From Azolla caroliniana (lineage: Eukaryota; Plantae; Polypodiophyta): DNA of 64,000 nucleotides. Below are positions 59,301-64,000 of this stretch, one piece after another (the first letter of the stretch is position 1; each line of letters opens with the position of its first letter). The translations under genes and the position numbers were made by a program. The DNA lies in NCBI GenBank assembly GCA_043228905.1, contig JBHGNT010000002.1, positions 10,974,001-11,038,000 of the forward strand. The letters are read 5' to 3'. The notes beneath the pieces were generated by a model, which was not told where the DNA came from, did no database searches, and worked only from the letters and a program-made list of their open reading frames with translations.

Positions 59301-60575
59301 CATGGGGTACAAAACGGGAAGCCCATGAAACCTATTTTCGGTTGGTGGCTTACTGCCATATGTCTGACACCTACTGTGGATGGTTAGTGTAAGACCCCAT
59401 GGAAGGAGCATGGGCAGTCGTTAGGACCAAGGTTGACACTAGCGGTCCGGTGACTAGTTCCACAAGAAGAATGGCAAGAACCGGAACCACCACATCCTGA
59501 AACCCAACGACCGGAGCCGACCCAAAACCCCGAACCCAACACACCGCAAGAACCGGAGCCAACCCCGATGCCAAACTCTGATCCTGCAGTCGACAAGCAG
59601 CAAGAACCAATGTCGACTCAATCACAAGAGCTGACACCAATACCCCAACCTGAACAATAGGCACAAGAGAGTCAGCCGACACCGAAGAAGACAAGAATCA
59701 AATAAAAGAGTCAATGACACAACCAACTAGAACAAGAGAATCAACCAACAAATGACAGAGGGTCAACAACCAAGAATCAACCAAATAGTCTGAAGCACAA
59801 AATAGGGCAAGAGTCGAAACAATCGGCAAACAACCTATTGAAAGGGGGAAATCATTATCTATGACCCCAAATGAAGTAATTGGATTTCCTAAAATACCAC
59901 CAAAAGCCCACGAGCTCGCAGTGTTACTACAGTTCGACAAATCTTACGAACTCGTGGACTGGCTCGCTAAATGTGTGCAACACGTGTCCAAAATGTTGCC
60001 GCAGGAGCACACGGATTGATAAATGATTTAGAAGTCCATGCTCAGCGTGATCTAACTAGAGGAACAGGAGTTGCAAAGAATCAACTGGTAGAGAAATGCC
60101 AAAAACAAGGGACAACCAATTCAGATGTGACCTCTTCACACAACATTGGTCAAAGTACACAGAGAATACGCTAGAATGAATAAGGCAGCAAAAGATATGG
60201 CGGAGGCATGCAAACGGGTGACGACGACAACCAACCGTTGGACAACAACGTACCATTGCTCAACATTACAGAAGGACAACGACGTACCATTGGAGCAACT
60301 CCGATCGATAAAAGAGAAAATGAAGAAAGCCGCCGACCACCTACAAAATGATGATTAACTATGGGCTTCAGAGAAAGTGGTTGAATAGGCTAATCAATGA
60401 GTCGAGGAAGCCAAAGATAAAGTTAAGAAGATGGCAGATCGTCTGGAGTTAGCTAAGACCAAACTAGGGGCATCGTCGGATGCCAAAGACAAGGCCATAC
60501 ACGAATTGAAACAGTTGGTCGAACGATAGAAGGAGGTGAAACACCAAGAGCCAAAGAAAGTAGAAGAACGAGAAC
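56353..60575 (+). mobile_element. Gypsy K fragment, J family (RT, RH, INT to 58494; extra ORF from 58725)
   Basis: KCAFGVTSG, VDASNV, WNSGLWWP, FRMAFGLEAVMP shared with J; LTRs not in window. Confidence 0.88.
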
Positions 60576-63500
60576 TATATGTGTGGATGCAAAAGGACCA
60601 TTATACTGATCGGATGGAAGCAATAGGAAATCAAACGCGAGTGATAGAGAGAGAGAGCACACACAAAAAAAAACTCGATTCAAAATTATACTCAATCTAT
60701 ACATAGGATGTGCTTAGTGAGCACTTTTATACAAGTCCATACGGACTGACAGGAGTACTGACACGTACTTCAATGCTCATAACTGAACTCTGTGCTAATT
60801 CCCAAAATATATTCGCTACGGCTTCTCGTTACACACCGGTTTGCGTACTGGTTTACGCACCGGTCCGGCCTAACCGATCGGCCCCAACCGATCTGGTTCT
60901 CCGCTTGCACAGCCGATCCGGCCAATGTTGAGCTTGTATCTCAACACCCCCCCTCAAGCTCAACTTGAGGTTCCATCTGCTCTTCCGGATCTGCTCTCCG
61001 GTTCCTTCTGGCTTCACACCTCGCTCGCACTCCTCGACCCGTTCGATTCCACGCGCCTCGACTGTTTCGGTCAGCTTGTCTGCTCACATGGCCCTTCTTA
61101 GCTTCCTTGTTGTTGCGGTGTTGGCGCGTCTTCTCCTACCTTCTCTTACACTTGGCCCTTGGTTGATTCAGTGTATCCGAATCAAATATCCGAACCGACT
61201 CGCCTTCCTCCGATCGGTTTTTGCTCTCGTCCGAGTTGGCTGTCTCCAACTCGTCCCCGGTCTTCTCACCCTTGGTCAGCTTCGGCTCTTTCTTTCGACT
61301 GCTCCCCTTATGTCTGCTTTCGGAATCTTCCGCGAGTCCACCCTCGGCTTCTTCAGTCGGTCCGAGATCGAATTCGTCATCCGACTCAGCGTCACGGTCT
61401 TCGTCTTCCGGAACGTCTCTCCCCCTCAAGTTCGGCACGTCGAGGTGATGCAACCCAAGCGCACCTGAGAATTGCTGCAACTTGTCCAGACCAAGAGGCT
61501 TGGTGAATATGTCGGCGTTCTGCCGATCCGTCGGAACATACTAAAGTTCGATTTCACCGGAGAGGACACGCTCACAGACGAAATGGTAGTGCACCTCAAT
61601 GTGCTTAGTACGGGCGTAGAAGATGGGTTTCTTAGCTAGCTCGATGTTGCTGAGGTTGTCGCAGTAGATTGTCGTTGGATCGGATACCTCCACCTAGAGA
61701 TCCTTAAGTAGCTGCTTCAACCATATGGCTTCGCATGTCGCGACAGACGCTCCTCTATACTCGGCTCCGGTGCACGACAACAGAACTGTCGGATGCTTCT
61801 TGCTACTCCACGCAATCGCGACACTCCCGAGAGAGAACGCGAAACCGGATGTGGATCGGTGATCAGCGGCGCTTCCGACAAATCAGCATCGGTGAAACCG
61901 ACCAACTGCAAGGCAGTATCAGTCCGATATAGTAGCCCCCGGTCCTTAGTGCCACTGACGTACCAGACTACGCGTTGTGCGCACTGAAGGTGCTCCTCGG
62001 TCAGTCGCACCATGAACTGACTAATCACCCCGACCGGGTAGCTGAGATCTGATCGTGTGATGGTCAAGTATATAAGGCTTCCGACTATCTGTCAGAACCT
62101 CGTCGGGTTGCATACCTTTCCAAAATTGGGGTGAAACTTGACGGTTCTATCCAGAGGAGTCGAGACGGACTTACAGTCAGCCATCCTGAATTTGAAGAGC
62201 ATATTCAGCGCGTAATGACGTTGGCTGATCAAGATGCCTTCAGGGGTACGGATCACTTCGATCCAGAGGAAGTAGTGAAGGTCCCCCAGATCCTTCATGT
62301 CGAATGATGCCGCGAGCTAGAGCTTCACGTGGTCTATCTCACCTAGGTGGGCGTCGGTGATGACCAAGTCATCAACATAAAGTAAAATACTAACCGGCCC
62401 AAGTCGACCTTTCCAGATGAACAGTGAGGAGTCCGATTTTGACGTCACAAAGCCCATCCAACGCAATCGTTGCGTGATCTTTGCATTCCAGGCACGCGGG
62501 GCTTGCTTTAGTCCATAAAGGGACTTCTTCAATCGGCACACCGCCGAAATGTTTGTTCTGAAGTGAAATCTGGGGGGCTATACCATGTACACCTGTTCCT
62601 CAAGCTCACCTTGCAAGAACGCATTCCTTACATCCATCTGATGCAAATGCCACCCCTTTGCCGCAGCGACCGCGAGCAAAACACGGACGGTCGTCATCTT
62701 CGCGACCGGCGCAAACGTCTCATCGTAGTTGATGCCGTGTTTCCGCGCGTAGCCTTTTGCTACTAACTGGGCCTTGTAGCGTTTGACCAAGCTGTCAGTG
62801 TTGTACTTGACCTTGTACACCCACCTACATCTGATTGGCTTCACACCTTTCGGTGCGTCAATCAGGTCCCAGGTTTCATTCTCCGCCAATTTGCGCATCT
62901 CTTCCTCCATTGCGGCATGCCAATTCGCGTCCTTCATCGCCTCTGTGTAGCTCTCTGGCTCACGCACTTCTGCTACACACATCATGTATGCATAGTGATG
63001 CACCATGTACTCGTTGTAACCAAACCGCACAACAGGGTTCTTCTGGCGGGTTGATCGGCGTAATTGCTCATTAGCCGATGTTGAGGCTTTCATGGCCGAC
63101 GCGGACTTCGTTCTCAAGGACCCGTCGTCACTTCCCTCGGAGTCGGACTCGCGTCGATCCAACTCGTTCCTATCCGTGTCGTAATCCGATACCTTCTTCT
63201 TCCCTTTTTCTTTGCGCTTAAGCCGTCTCCTCAGCTTTCTACGCAGGGAATGCCCGGCCGAGTCTCCACTACTCATCGGCTCTTCATAAGACTGGTCGAA
63301 TCGACTCAGTCGTCCATTCGGTCCACTTAACCGAAACGAAATCAGACTCTCTTCGCGGGTCCCGATTTCAGGCTCATCCGGAGGCATCTCGCCTCGCTGA
63401 CCTCATCGTTAGAACTCGGATTAGAGGTGAGGTCAAAAGTCAGAGGCAAGTACCAGGACGCGGACTCATCAAACACAACATCACGGCTCACACGCGCTTG

Positions 63501-64000
63501 TTTGGTGCGAGGGTTATAACACTTATAACCCTTTTGCTCATCCGAGTAGCCGACCAAGATACACTTCTCAGCTTTTGCGTCCAACTTCCTCCGTTTCTCC
63601 TTCGGCACATGCACATACGCAATGCTACCGAAAACTCTCAAGTGTCGCAGATTCGGCTTTTGTCCGAAATAAAGCTCATGCATCGACACTTTTTCTCCGA
63701 TCCGATTCTGAATGTACACCGCGGTTCGTACCGCCTCGGCCCAATAGAACTTGGGCAAGCTCTTTTCCTCCAGCATTGCCCGTGCCGCTTCCACAACTGA
63801 CCGGTTCTTCCTCTCGGCCACGCCGTTTTGCTCCGGCATGTATCTACAACTGAATTCTCGCCGAATTCCCATCTGTTGTAGATAGTCGTTGAATTGACCG
63901 GAAAAGTACTCTTTTCCACCATCCGACCGCAAGCACTTGATCTTCCATCCTATTTCCGTTTCCACGAACCCTCTGAGGTCCCGGAAACAGTCGAAGACTT
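60576..64000 (-). mobile_element. Copia L, 3' part (INT, RT, RH, extension, 3' LTR); left boundary approximate
   Basis: 3' LTR ends at 60946 next to the PPT; [22 protein letters not shown]. Confidence 0.9.

Overview
Plant-type, TE-saturated heterochromatin with no host gene (a non-seed plant such as a fern is inferred from the element families, not proven). LTR pairs, PBS/PPT sites and target-site duplications (TSDs) resolve almost the whole window into one nest of degenerate elements. Gypsy K holds Copia M, which holds Gypsy A (2674-54248), then Copia B (10741-50097), Copia C (11319-43505), Copia F, Copia G (17510-~39633), Gypsy J (23444-37662) and finally a DDE-type DNA transposon (~29627-34628): nine levels. 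Side insertions are Copia E, Copia L, four solo LTRs, a TRIM-like element N and a second probable DNA transposon at 1-2673 carrying a RING-like gene. Most unusual signals: (1) a Sola1/DUF7869-like transposon without clear TIRs that carries a 14-unit, 51-bp-period palindrome array with invertible spacers, mirrored by a 52-bp palindrome array in the other DNA element; (2) tRNA-like Pol III cassettes antisense in the U3 end of three LTR families; (3) Gypsy J has an inverted tRNA-Arg-type PBS where the PPT should be; (4) TRIM N has Tf1-style self-priming geometry.
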